Shown: positions 28,961-38,103 of the stretch, piece by piece
How the letters are laid out: every line of letters starts with the position of its first letter
Numbering within the stretch: the stretch's first letter is position 1
From: Candidatus Uhrbacteria bacterium
Lineage (GTDB): Bacteria; Patescibacteriota; Patescibacteriia; UBA9934
NCBI GenBank assembly: GCA_963822405.1
Contig: CAWGHH010000002.1
Coordinates: 266,766 to 330,765 of the forward strand
Reading direction: 5' to 3'
DNA: 64,000 nt
Translations under genes and position numbers: made by a program
The notes under the pieces: generated by a model
What the model saw: the letters and a program-made list of their open reading frames with translations, nothing else
Databases searched by the model: none
What the model was told of the DNA's origin: nothing

Positions 28961-29944
28961 CTATGGATTTACTTCCTGCGCATCTTCATTTCGCATAGAT
29001 GAACTGGCGGAATGAGGCGTCTGTATATTCTCGGTCTCCTTTATCGCGGAACTCCCCGACGAAAGATCGGCGTCATTCTGCGAATCTTCGTTGGTAACAA
29101 TAGTGTCCGAATCTCGTCCCAACACCTTTATTTCTTCGATGGTGCCCTGACTTATGCTAGCACCGTTCTTCCCGGCCTCCACAAGAAAGCTTTCGAGCGT
29201 ATACATCACAAAATTCACATTTGCCTCCTTTTTGATTTCGCGTTTCAACTCAATTCGAGGACCAATCTTATAACCACCCAAACCAATTTCCCACCAATCA
29301 TCCTTACTATCATTTGTCACAAAGATAATTGGCTTATTAATACCCTTAGCGTACTCCATCATCTGTTTCCAACCAAGAAAATCACCTGGTCGTTTATCTC
29401 GAAATCCTGGTGGGGTCTGAATGCTCATGCGATACTTTCCCTCTTTCTTCTTGTCTTCCAGCTGTTCCGTACTATATGGACTCCCGACACGACCTTCAAA
29501 TAATACATCAAATTCAGTTCTAATGGGGTCGGCAATGTACCAATCGATTTCTTTCTCGGCCTCTTCTAATTCTTTAGTGGCGGAATCTAAAGCGGCCTTT
29601 AATTTCGTCAAAATACGATCTTGTTTTTCTGATGGAAGTCGCAACCGTTCGTTCTCAATATGTCGAACACTTTCGTGAATCCATCCCCATAGCTCTCTTC
29701 TTCTCACAAGTTGTTCTGTAATCACTTTTTGACGATTCTGTTGATACTCGAGTGCGAACTGATGAGGAATCCAAATTGATTCCTTACGATCAGAAAGAAA
29801 TTTAATGAACTCAGTTTTTGCTGTTAACGAATATCGATACACTTCCAATAAAATATTGGCATCAAAAACAAAGACTCCTTCAGACCACCATGACTTGAGA
29901 TCCGTCTCTGATATCGGATAATGGTCAGGAAAGATATCCTTCAT
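28961..29944 (-). CDS. PIN-like domain ribonuclease (DUF4935/PIN_8 type)
   Basis: FVFDANILL..YRY, WIPHQFALEY, PPGFRD, GDFLGWKQ, FVTNDSKDDWW. Confidence 0.88.
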   Translation of the reverse strand: MKDIFPDHYPISETDLKSWWSEGVFVFDANILLEVYRYSLTAKTEFIKFLSDRKESIWIPHQFALEYQQNRQKVITEQLVRRRELWGWIHESVRHIENERLRLPSEKQDRILTKLKAALDSATKELEEAEKEIDWYIADPIRTEFDVLFEGRVGSPYSTEQLEDKKKEGKYRMSIQTPPGFRDKRPGDFLGWKQMMEYAKGINKPIIFVTNDSKDDWWEIGLGGYKIGPRIELKREIKKEANVNFVMYTLESFLVEAGKNGASISQGTIEEIKVLGRDSDTIVTNEDSQNDADLSSGSSAIKETENIQTPHSASSSMRNEDAQEVNP

Positions 29945-29952
29945 ACAAATTA

Positions 29953-30459
29953 CTACGCCTTAGCTCTCTCCATCCCTTCAACAATCAACTTCTTTGCAGC
30001 GGCTGCATCTTGCCAACCTTCTATCTTTGTCATCTTCTTCTCTAGGATCTTGTAGGACTCGAAGAAAAATGAAATCTCATCCTTCATGTGTTGTGACACG
30101 TCAGCGAGGTCATTAATGTGCTTGAAACGTGGGTCGTCCTTTGCAACGGCGAGAATCTTCTCGTCTTGTCCCTTGTCATCGCTCATGACGAGAACGCCAA
30201 TTGGGCGAACGTCGACAGCAACGCCTGGGAACAACGGGTTCGTCACAAGTACCAACACGTCGAGCGGATCGCCATCGCCTCCTAGGGTCTCTGGGAAGAA
30301 ACCATAATCAGCCGGATAGAACATTGGCGAAAAGAGAACGCGATCAAGCTTGATGATCCCCTGCTCTTTATCAAACTCGTACTTGTTCTGCGATCCCTTT
30401 GGAACCTCGATAATTGCCTGACAGACTTCTGGAGCCTTCGAACCGATAGAAAGTTGCAT
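29953..30459 (-). CDS. ppa: Inorganic pyrophosphatase
   Basis: KYEFDK, LDRVL, YPADYG, DGDPLDVLV, DEK. Confidence 0.96.
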   Translation of the reverse strand: MQLSIGSKAPEVCQAIIEVPKGSQNKYEFDKEQGIIKLDRVLFSPMFYPADYGFFPETLGGDGDPLDVLVLVTNPLFPGVAVDVRPIGVLVMSDDKGQDEKILAVAKDDPRFKHINDLADVSQHMKDEISFFFESYKILEKKMTKIEGWQDAAAAKKLIVEGMERAKA

Positions 30460-30468
30460 AAGATAAAT

Positions 30469-30897
30469 TTATTGTCCAAATACTACCTGAGTCGTCATTG
30501 ATTTGTCACGCGCCGGATCACCAGATGGATTGTCATTATGGAACACTAGTGAACCGATCGACCCAACCGGCTGGGTCGGGAACTCGATCGTCGCTGTAAA
30601 TGGCACAAAGTCTTCAGTCATCCAATCGCTATCTGCCCGTGCCTGACCTCCACCGATTTCTTGCCCGACAGAATTAAGTACCTTTACGGGAAAAACTGCC
30701 TCAAAATACCAAGGCCCTTTTGCTGCCCCATGGATAACGTACGGACTCGTAAATGGCTCAGAACTAAATGTCGCGTGAAAATCTTCTGAGCTAATAGTTG
30801 ACTGCGCGTCCGGCGACCGAGTCACGGGTGTCGACGCAACACAACCAGCACCGAAAAGAGCCAAGCTTAATGAAACAATAAGCATTTTCTTGAACAT
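30469..30897 (-). CDS. Lipoprotein with Gmad2 Ig-like domain
   Basis: LFGAGC lipobox; G.WYFEAVFPV, DWMTEDFVPF, DNPSG. Confidence 0.8.
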   Translation of the reverse strand: MFKKMLIVSLSLALFGAGCVASTPVTRSPDAQSTISSEDFHATFSSEPFTSPYVIHGAAKGPWYFEAVFPVKVLNSVGQEIGGGQARADSDWMTEDFVPFTATIEFPTQPVGSIGSLVFHNDNPSGDPARDKSMTTQVVFGQ

Positions 30898-30945
30898 ATA
30901 GGTCAAAGTATACGGGAAACTACTAATTTTGTATACTGCGGTTAT

Positions 30946-32343
30946 ATGCAGCATTCAAAGATGTTCGCCTTTTTGTTAGCAGCTGGCTTCCTCTTCTCCC
31001 CCGCCGCAAAAGCTCTAGCTTTCGATCCAAACTACATCATCTCCGACGACGAGATGCGAGATTCGACTACAATGGATTTTCCACAGATTGTCGCGTTCTT
31101 ATCGCGTGGTTATTTGTCGACATATCGAACTGAAGACGTAAACGGACTCTACAGAAACGCAGCCCAGATTATTTACGCAACTAGCCAAACGTACGGCATC
31201 AATCCACAGGTTCTGCTCGTCCTTCTACAAAAAGAACAAAGCCTAGTTACAGATGACTCCCCCTCACGCGGACAACTAGACTGGGCCACTGGTTACGGCG
31301 TGTGTGACAGCTGTCATGTGGGCGATGGAACAATGGCGCGTTTTCAAGGCTTTGCCAAACAAGTAAACTCGGCCGCTTTGCAATTCATCGAAGGCTACAT
31401 GGCGGATATGGACTCACGCGGAGTGACGGCCGGTAAGTACGGCCCAGGTCTACCGGTGAATATCGACGGCACCGCAGTCACCCCAGCCAACGCGGCCACC
31501 GCTGCGCTCTACGCTTACACCCCGCACCTACACGGCAACCAAAACTTCGCCGCCCTGTGGAATGCTTGGTTTGGTCGAGATTATCCAGATGGCACGCTCA
31601 TGCAAGTCCCTGGTGAATCTGGTGTTTGGCTGATGCAAGACGGCTATCGCAGGCCAATCACTAGCCAATCCGCACTTCGCTCGCGCTTTAACACGAGCTT
31701 GATCGTTTCGATCTCGAAAACTACTCTCGAGCGTTTCGCAGTTGGCAAAGCAATCAGTCTGCCGAATTACACACTCGTCAAAGATGAATCCGGCAACATC
31801 TCGCTCTTAGTCGACGACTCGCTTAGAAAGATAGACAGCATGGCAACTTTTCACGCTATCGGTTTCTCGGAGGATGAGATAATCGACATTACAAACAACG
31901 ACGCCGCCAACTACGACACCGGCGAGGCCATCACCTCAACCGCACTCTACCCTCAAGGTCGCTTGCTCCAGCTGAAAACTAACGGCGCAGTTTTTTACAT
32001 TGAAAATGGAACTCGCCACGCCGTCCTGGACAAGAGCGTTCTCAAAGCCAGATTCCCAAATGACACATTGTTCCCAGCGGCGCCAATTGAAGTAGAACAG
32101 TACAAAGAAGGTAAAGCGGTTGGTCTAAATGATGGAACGCTGGTGAAGGTTGCGGACAATCCAACGGTCTATGTAATTTCTGATGGTTTGCGTCGCGCTA
32201 TTCCTACAGAATCTGTCTTCACGTCTTTTGGCTACAGCTGGAAAAATATTATTACCGTCACACAGAGCGTTTTAAACTTACACCCGCTCGGTGATCCATT
32301 GCAGTCAGCAACGGAAGATACGGTCAAAGCAGCGTCAAAATAA
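30946..32343 (+). CDS. Secreted protein: putative lysozyme-like N-domain plus repeated C-terminal beta modules
   Basis: Signal peptide; INPQVLLVLLQKEQSL, ALYAYTPH; four repeats of (P/N)DG.L...VY.I..G.RR.I. Confidence 0.8.
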   Translation: MQHSKMFAFLLAAGFLFSPAAKALAFDPNYIISDDEMRDSTTMDFPQIVAFLSRGYLSTYRTEDVNGLYRNAAQIIYATSQTYGINPQVLLVLLQKEQSLVTDDSPSRGQLDWATGYGVCDSCHVGDGTMARFQGFAKQVNSAALQFIEGYMADMDSRGVTAGKYGPGLPVNIDGTAVTPANAATAALYAYTPHLHGNQNFAALWNAWFGRDYPDGTLMQVPGESGVWLMQDGYRRPITSQSALRSRFNTSLIVSISKTTLERFAVGKAISLPNYTLVKDESGNISLLVDDSLRKIDSMATFHAIGFSEDEIIDITNNDAANYDTGEAITSTALYPQGRLLQLKTNGAVFYIENGTRHAVLDKSVLKARFPNDTLFPAAPIEVEQYKEGKAVGLNDGTLVKVADNPTVYVISDGLRRAIPTESVFTSFGYSWKNIITVTQSVLNLHPLGDPLQSATEDTVKAASK

Positions 32344-32346
32344 TCT

Positions 32347-33105
32347 ATGCTAGTCTTTGCCGGCTTTGTTCCTAACTCCCCCTTGCTCATGCCAGGGATC
32401 AATACCTCGCGTTTGAGCGAGGCTGAAGAAACCGTGCATGCACTCCATGAACTAGGTGATGACCTGTATGCCGCGCATCCAGACACCATAATCCTCTTGT
32501 CACATGGCACGGCAGTGTACGAGGAAGCTTTTTCCGTAAATGTTGCTGATCCGTACACTACGGATCTTTCCGCGGTCGGCGACCTTGATTATCGCAAAGA
32601 ATATCACCCAGATTTTGGATTCATTGATGCTCTCCAGCGTTTCGCCCGCAAGAATTCTATTCCCATGTCTTTGTCGACAGATGAAAAACTCACTTTTCCG
32701 TCAGCCGTTCCGCTCCACTATCTAACTGCTCATCTAAAAAATGTTCGAGTTGTCCCAGTTGCTCCATGTTCACTTGATGGCAAGGCACACTTTTCTTTCG
32801 GTAACACGCTTCAACACATCATCATGCAAAGTGACAAGCGCGTGGCCATCATCGCTTCTGGAGACATGGGGCATGCAGAAAATGCCGGTGACTTTGACGA
32901 AAAATTACTGACCTTCTTCAAAGAACGAAACAGCTCTGGCCTTCTTCAAGTAGACCCAGACCTAATTACTCAAGCACAAGACACATCGTACCGACAGATT
33001 TGTATGCTTTTTGGCGCTCTAGACGGAATACATGTAACTCCAGAAATTCTTAACTACGCAAAACCTTTCGGCGTCGGCTACGCTGTAGTGAATTTTGTCC
33101 TGTGA
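32347..33105 (+). CDS. Memo/LigB class III extradiol dioxygenase-like protein
   Basis: P.SPLL.P, PDTIILLSHG, IIASGDMGH, PFGVGYAV; several metal ligands look degenerate. Confidence 0.8.
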   Translation: MLVFAGFVPNSPLLMPGINTSRLSEAEETVHALHELGDDLYAAHPDTIILLSHGTAVYEEAFSVNVADPYTTDLSAVGDLDYRKEYHPDFGFIDALQRFARKNSIPMSLSTDEKLTFPSAVPLHYLTAHLKNVRVVPVAPCSLDGKAHFSFGNTLQHIIMQSDKRVAIIASGDMGHAENAGDFDEKLLTFFKERNSSGLLQVDPDLITQAQDTSYRQICMLFGALDGIHVTPEILNYAKPFGVGYAVVNFVL

Positions 33106-34898
33106 TCGCTGAAGTGATTCCTAGCCTAAAACTCCCCCGCCGTTTTTCGTTTTTTGATTATCAAATTCCTGACTCAATGGAAGTTGGCATTGGCGACCTG
33201 GTCAATGTTCTGTTTCATGGTCGAGAAATTGTCGGCGTTGTCCGTGGTCTAAAACTAACGTCAGAGGCGCGGAAACTCGCGCCCGTCCGCTCCGTCGCCT
33301 TGCGCGAATGGTGTAGTCTTCGTGACGTCGAGCGGCTCGAAACAATTTCCTCGGCCATCGCCCAATCACCCTCAAGCCTACTACACACAATCGGTCCGTC
33401 AGGAATGGCTCCCCCTCCACGTAGTGGAGGGGGTAAGGGGGGCGGGCAAGGTCCGATCACCGTGAAACGCTCCGACGTCTCTCACGTCACCGAAATTCTC
33501 AAAGACACCGCTCCCGTCCAAGCCCTCATCGGCGACTTCGCATTAGGCGTGGTTCTCGTCCACGCTCTCGCAAAGTCAGCGACCGATCAAGTCCTCGTCC
33601 TCGTCCCAACTGAGCGCGACGTCGAACTCGTCGGTGCAGGAGTCATGTTACATGGGCACACAAAGCCACGAGAGAGAACATCGATTGCATCAGCCTGGCG
33701 AAAGGGCGAAATCAAACTCCTCGTCTCTACCCGTCTCGCATCCCTTCTCCCCGCTAAAAAAATCTCCGCTATCGTCGTCCTTGACTCCGGTAATGACGAA
33801 CACGCCAGCACCCGCCGTAACCCCCGTTTCGACGCCCGCGAAGCCGCAAAGCTTTTAGCCGCCCAACACAAAGCAAGGCTATTCTTCATTGACCCCTTGC
33901 CCCGACTAGAAGAACTGGTAGGGACGGATGACATACTCCCCCTTCTTACCAAAAAGGGGGCCGGGGGGAAGTCTGACGGCGGCCATCCGCCGCCTCAGCT
34001 CATCTCCCTCAAGCACCCTCTCGAACGCTCCGGCATCGATCTGGTTTCTACGTCTCTCCTCGACAGCATCGAACGCTCTTTACTTGAGCGTAAAAAAGTG
34101 CTACTTTTTTTGAACCGAAAAGGCGTTGCCAAGCGTCTACAGTGCGGTGCCTGCGGACATATTCCACTCTGTGGAACCTGTGGCAATGTGCCGAGCGTCC
34201 GCAAGGATGACTTAGTCTGCGCTAGCTGTGGCACGGAAATGTGGTTGCCTGAAACATGCCCGTCATGCGGTAAGGCCAAGATTCATTTTCGCGGTATCGG
34301 TGGCGCAAAGGTTGCCGATGACTTGCAAACAAAGTTTCCAAACGCAAAAGTCGGCGTTATTGAAAAAGGCAAAGTAACTAACAGCGACGCTGACATTCTC
34401 CTAGTCACTGAATACTTCTGGAGTTCTTTTCAAAAACCGTTTCTAAAGATGAACTTCGGCGTAGTGGCTGATTTAGCCGCAGATCTTGGTCTGCAAAGCG
34501 ATGATTTCCGAAGTGCGGAACATATTGCCAGAAAGCTATCTCGTCTTATACTATTTGCTAAGCGTGAAAACGCTGAGTGCATTCTCCAAACCTGGCTGCC
34601 AGATATCATCTCGCCAATGTTAGATCTGCCTAGGTTCATAGCGTCCGAACGCGAGCTCCGCGAACGCTACAAACTCCCGCCTTTCTCCTCCCGTTATATT
34701 CTCGAAGGCGCCACACTCGACGAACTACCAGAATCAATCAAACAGCTCGCTCGCCAACATGGCGATGCAATCGAAATCAGATTCCCCTCGGCGTACAGAC
34801 AAGGCGGCGCCTTGTCCCTACACCTACTTCCCGACTCCATCAAAATCACCCCCGACACTTCTTATGCCCCCAATGACTGTCCTCCACAATCCGAATAA
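33102..34898 (+). CDS. priA: Primosomal protein N' (degenerate helicase; Zn fingers intact)
   Basis: FDYQIP..G..V.V.F, RFDARE, LFLNRKG, four CxxC pairs, LQTW, ER...LPPF; Walker A not recognisable. Confidence 0.88.
   Translation: MIAEVIPSLKLPRRFSFFDYQIPDSMEVGIGDLVNVLFHGREIVGVVRGLKLTSEARKLAPVRSVALREWCSLRDVERLETISSAIAQSPSSLLHTIGPSGMAPPPRSGGGKGGGQGPITVKRSDVSHVTEILKDTAPVQALIGDFALGVVLVHALAKSATDQVLVLVPTERDVELVGAGVMLHGHTKPRERTSIASAWRKGEIKLLVSTRLASLLPAKKISAIVVLDSGNDEHASTRRNPRFDAREAAKLLAAQHKARLFFIDPLPRLEELVGTDDILPLLTKKGAGGKSDGGHPPPQLISLKHPLERSGIDLVSTSLLDSIERSLLERKKVLLFLNRKGVAKRLQCGACGHIPLCGTCGNVPSVRKDDLVCASCGTEMWLPETCPSCGKAKIHFRGIGGAKVADDLQTKFPNAKVGVIEKGKVTNSDADILLVTEYFWSSFQKPFLKMNFGVVADLAADLGLQSDDFRSAEHIARKLSRLILFAKRENAECILQTWLPDIISPMLDLPRFIASERELRERYKLPPFSSRYILEGATLDELPESIKQLARQHGDAIEIRFPSAYRQGGALSLHLLPDSIKITPDTSYAPNDCPPQSE
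33411..33446. repeat. In-frame palindrome in priA
   Basis: CCCCCTCCAC-GTA-GTGGAGGGGG plus G-rich tail; encodes PPPRSGGGKGGG. Confidence 0.75.
33918..33995. repeat. In-frame composite palindrome remnants in priA
   Basis: GTAGGGACGG...CCCCCTT-N9-AAGGGGG-ccGGGGGGA...GGCGG-CCAT-CCGCC. Confidence 0.65.
34793..34821. repeat. GTAG-type REP-like palindrome inside priA 3' end
   Basis: GTAcaGACAAGGC-GGC-GCCTTGTCccTAC. Confidence 0.7.
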
Positions 34899-35344
34899 AG
34901 AACTCCGCGTCGTTTCTGAAGCCGTGGATATTTCGCGTTTGGGTACCAAGGAATTCAAAAAACTTATCAGTGACCTAAAGATGACCATGGAGGAAGAAAA
35001 CGGCGTCGGCATCGCCGCTCCGCAGGTGGGCGTACATGACCGCGTGATCATTGCGGAGACAAAAGATCGGACCAACGGCCTTTATCAATCCAGAGATCAC
35101 TGAGCGGGCCTTTAAACTCATTGACGGAGAGGAAGGCTGTCTATCAGTGCCGGGCATTTGGGGCATTGTAAAGCGCCACCGATCAGTCACCGTCAAAGCA
35201 CTGCTAGATGACGGCAAGCAGGTCACAGTTAAGGCTACAGGATTACTCGCCATTATTTTCCAACATGAAATCGACCACCTTGACGGCATCCTTTTTATTG
35301 ACCGAGCCACAGAGTTGCGAAAGACCGGAAAAAGCCGGATCTAA
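34864..35344 (+). CDS. def: Peptide deformylase; apparent +1 frameshift at ~35068
   Basis: GVGIAAPQVG in first frame; INP, EGCLS, QHEIDHLDG in second frame. Confidence 0.93.
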
Positions 35345-36209
35345 ACTCCGCGTCGCCTTCTTTGGCACGCCGGAATTCGCCTCACGGTTCCTCTCGGGTC
35401 TAATCGATGACTCGTATTTCAAGATTGTCGGCGTCGTTACTCAACCGGATGAACCAGTTGGCCGAAAAAAGATTTTGACTGCGCCTCCAGTAAAAACACT
35501 CGCGCTTGAGAAATGTATTCCCGTTTATCAGCCTTCTAAATTAAAAGACGAATTTTTCTTAAACGCAATTCAAGGACTTAAGGCCGATATTTTTGTTATT
35601 GTCGCTTATGGTCGAATCCTGCCACAGGCACTCCTCGACATGCCACGCTTGGGTTGTATAAATGTACATCCGTCAATGTTGCCGAAGTACCGCGGTCCGT
35701 CGCCTATGCAAGCCGCCATCGCAGCGGGTGACGAACAGACAGCCGTGACAATCATGAAAATCGACGCTCAGATGGACAGCGGTCCCATCCTCGCCCAAGA
35801 AACAATCGACCTCGTTAATGACGAAACCGTCGCCACACTCACCGAAAAAGTTGTAACTCTCGGAGATCCGCTTCTTCGAAACACTCTTAAGGCATTTCAC
35901 GAAGGCAACATCATCCCCCGCGAACAGGATCACTCAGCCGCCACTTTCTGCAAAATCCTCACGCGCGATGACGGCAGAATTGATTTGTCGAGCGACCCCA
36001 AGGTACTCGACCAAAAAATCCGCGCCTATAATCCCTGGCCAGGAACCTGGACAATGATTCAGCATGACGGCAAAGAATTGCGCGTTAAAATTTTGAAAGC
36101 AAAACTAGTCGAGGGGAAACTCGAAATCCTAGAAGTCCAGCCAGAAGGCGGAAAACCAATGACAACCGCAGATTTTACACGCGGATACGGAAAAGCATTG
36201 ACTTTCTAG
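35298..36209 (+). CDS. fmt: Methionyl-tRNA formyltransferase (start uncertain; possibly fused to Def)
   Basis: FFGTPEFA, VTQPD, NVHPSMLPKYRGPSP, MDSGP, RAYNPWP; no ATG near the conserved N-terminus. Confidence 0.93.
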   Translation: MTEPQSCERPEKAGSKLRVAFFGTPEFASRFLSGLIDDSYFKIVGVVTQPDEPVGRKKILTAPPVKTLALEKCIPVYQPSKLKDEFFLNAIQGLKADIFVIVAYGRILPQALLDMPRLGCINVHPSMLPKYRGPSPMQAAIAAGDEQTAVTIMKIDAQMDSGPILAQETIDLVNDETVATLTEKVVTLGDPLLRNTLKAFHEGNIIPREQDHSAATFCKILTRDDGRIDLSSDPKVLDQKIRAYNPWPGTWTMIQHDGKELRVKILKAKLVEGKLEILEVQPEGGKPMTTADFTRGYGKALTF

Positions 36210-36265
36210 CGAAAGCGGGTATCATTTGAGCCCTGTTTCCCCGCCACTCAGCCCCAGAGGTGCCC

Positions 36266-36520
36266 GTGTTCCTCACTAGCCATCCAGCGTTCAATAACGC
36301 CCTCATCGTCCTCAGCGCTTTTGGATTCTTTGGAGTCGGACTCGTGGACTTTGCCGTCCAGGTTTCCTATTGCGCGGAAATCGCCAAAACGATTCAAGCC
36401 GCTGATCGCGAAAAAAAGATCGATTCTCTGAAAACCACGCGCCTGGTTCTCCAGATATTCTGTCTCATATGCGGTTACGCCCTCTTTTCCCTCATCATCA
36501 CCTCGTCCGGGGTGAAGTGA
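36266..36520 (+). CDS. Orphan two-TM protein with own promoter and SD
   Basis: TTGACT-N16-TATCAT (36198-36225), GAGGT then GTG; C-rich third positions. Confidence 0.65.
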   Translation: MFLTSHPAFNNALIVLSAFGFFGVGLVDFAVQVSYCAEIAKTIQAADREKKIDSLKTTRLVLQIFCLICGYALFSLIITSSGVK

Positions 36521-38099
36521 CCAACTTGCCGAGCCCCGCCTGCCCAACACGAATCCCGGGTAGCACGTGCTCGGTTTTCGTTTTCTCGCGTTTTGATTCG
36601 TCGAAGGAGAGGAAGATCAGAGGAAGAAGTAACAACGAAATTCCCAGAGGGTGATTCAAGTAAGGCGTGAAGATGTGAACTGTTAGGACGAAAATCGACG
36701 AACAAAACAACCCGACCACTATCCAACTATCGTCGAGTCCTTTTCGTAAATGCGACAGAGTCGCGTTAGCAAAAGACAGGCCGATGAGAAGGACACCGAG
36801 TAACCCGAGAACGCCGGTTTTCAACCAAAGATCCTGATAGCCCCATTCAAAACGATAGGTCGTCCACTCGCCAGTGCCGTTAATGGCCCGGACTCGAGGG
36901 TCATCAGATATAAAAGTAACTTCTTTCCCAAATCCCGACCCAATAATCGGCGACTTCATTATCTCCGTCATCATTGGTGGCAAAAGATTCCAGCGGCTCG
37001 ACACAGCCAGGTTTCGATCCTGACCGGCGTCGGACTTATAAAACGCAGACTGCGTGAAGTCTGGTCGGAAAGGTAGAGGGAAGATAATTGTGAGCCAGAC
37101 GAACACTACGCTCGCGACGATGCCCACGAATAATACTGACTTCCTTCTAACCCGTTCCCAAAGTTGTTTAGGTTGCCAGAGAGAATACACGATAAGAATC
37201 GCCCCCGCTGGTAGCGCAGCAATCACGAAACTCCGCGACAAACCGGCAAGCAAGGCCGACAGACATAGCGCAAGAATAGCCGAACCAAGTAGTTTTTCTT
37301 TTAAGGTTGTTTGAACAGACACGACGCCGGATAGAAATAGAATAAAAAATGACGCAATGACGATCTGACTCTGACCGAATACTCGGAAATACCATGCCCC
37401 ATTCGGGAACAACACGGCCATTTTTGCCGGCGCGGTCAGCAAAGTGATCTCGAACAGTCGTGCATCGCGCACGAACGTGTACACGTGTGCGAGGACTTTC
37501 CCTGGCAAGTGCGTGAACGCGAACATGAGACCGAGGGTCGTCGCTGATACCCACACTGCTGACACCGCGAGTGTCATGAGCATGAGACGCTTCTTCTCAT
37601 TGTCCCATTTGATCGACAAAATCGGCAACGCGTAGAGAATCGGCAAATAAGAATTGAAATCGTCGAACGCGTTTCCTTTGTTGTTCTGCAAAAAGCCGAC
37701 CAAGCCACCTAGCAAAACGGCTAGTCCAAAAACCACCCACGGAATGTCCCGTCGCGGGCTCCATTGCCATGCAGTCATCCTGAGCCCGTTTGACGGGCGA
37801 AGGATCTGAATGGTAAAGGCAACCATCACTCCCAAAAAAATCGCAATACGAACAGACAACGGCACGCCAATCGACGACAGATCAAACAAGTGTCCGTGCC
37901 CGCCAACGAAGATCTCGAGAAACGCAAAGGCAATGCCCCACTCAAGTCGTTTCATCGACAAAACAAACGCCACGATCCCAGCTGCTGCAACTGGCACAAT
38001 CGACACCCACGAATGCTGCACCAACGCCGCCAAAATATGCGCGACGAGTAGTCCCGCGAGCACGTACCACGAATTTTTGTCGAAGAATTGTTTGATCAT
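36498..38099 (-). CDS. O-antigen ligase/polymerase (WaaL/Wzy-like) membrane protein
   Basis: Many TM helices; LSRS, SSRW, PIIGSGFG, KTG.LG. Confidence 0.85.
   Translation of the reverse strand: MIKQFFDKNSWYVLAGLLVAHILAALVQHSWVSIVPVAAAGIVAFVLSMKRLEWGIAFAFLEIFVGGHGHLFDLSSIGVPLSVRIAIFLGVMVAFTIQILRPSNGLRMTAWQWSPRRDIPWVVFGLAVLLGGLVGFLQNNKGNAFDDFNSYLPILYALPILSIKWDNEKKRLMLMTLAVSAVWVSATTLGLMFAFTHLPGKVLAHVYTFVRDARLFEITLLTAPAKMAVLFPNGAWYFRVFGQSQIVIASFFILFLSGVVSVQTTLKEKLLGSAILALCLSALLAGLSRSFVIAALPAGAILIVYSLWQPKQLWERVRRKSVLFVGIVASVVFVWLTIIFPLPFRPDFTQSAFYKSDAGQDRNLAVSSRWNLLPPMMTEIMKSPIIGSGFGKEVTFISDDPRVRAINGTGEWTTYRFEWGYQDLWLKTGVLGLLGVLLIGLSFANATLSHLRKGLDDSWIVVGLFCSSIFVLTVHIFTPYLNHPLGISLLLLPLIFLSFDESKREKTKTEHVLPGIRVGQAGLGKLVTSPRTR
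37774..37807. repeat. In-frame GTCATCCTGAG...CGAAGGATCT element
   Basis: GTCATCCTGAG-CCCGTTTGACGGG-CGAAGGATCT; encodes QILRPSNGLRMT; same ends as 42451-42476. Confidence 0.8.
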
Positions 38100-38103
38100 A
38101 AAA

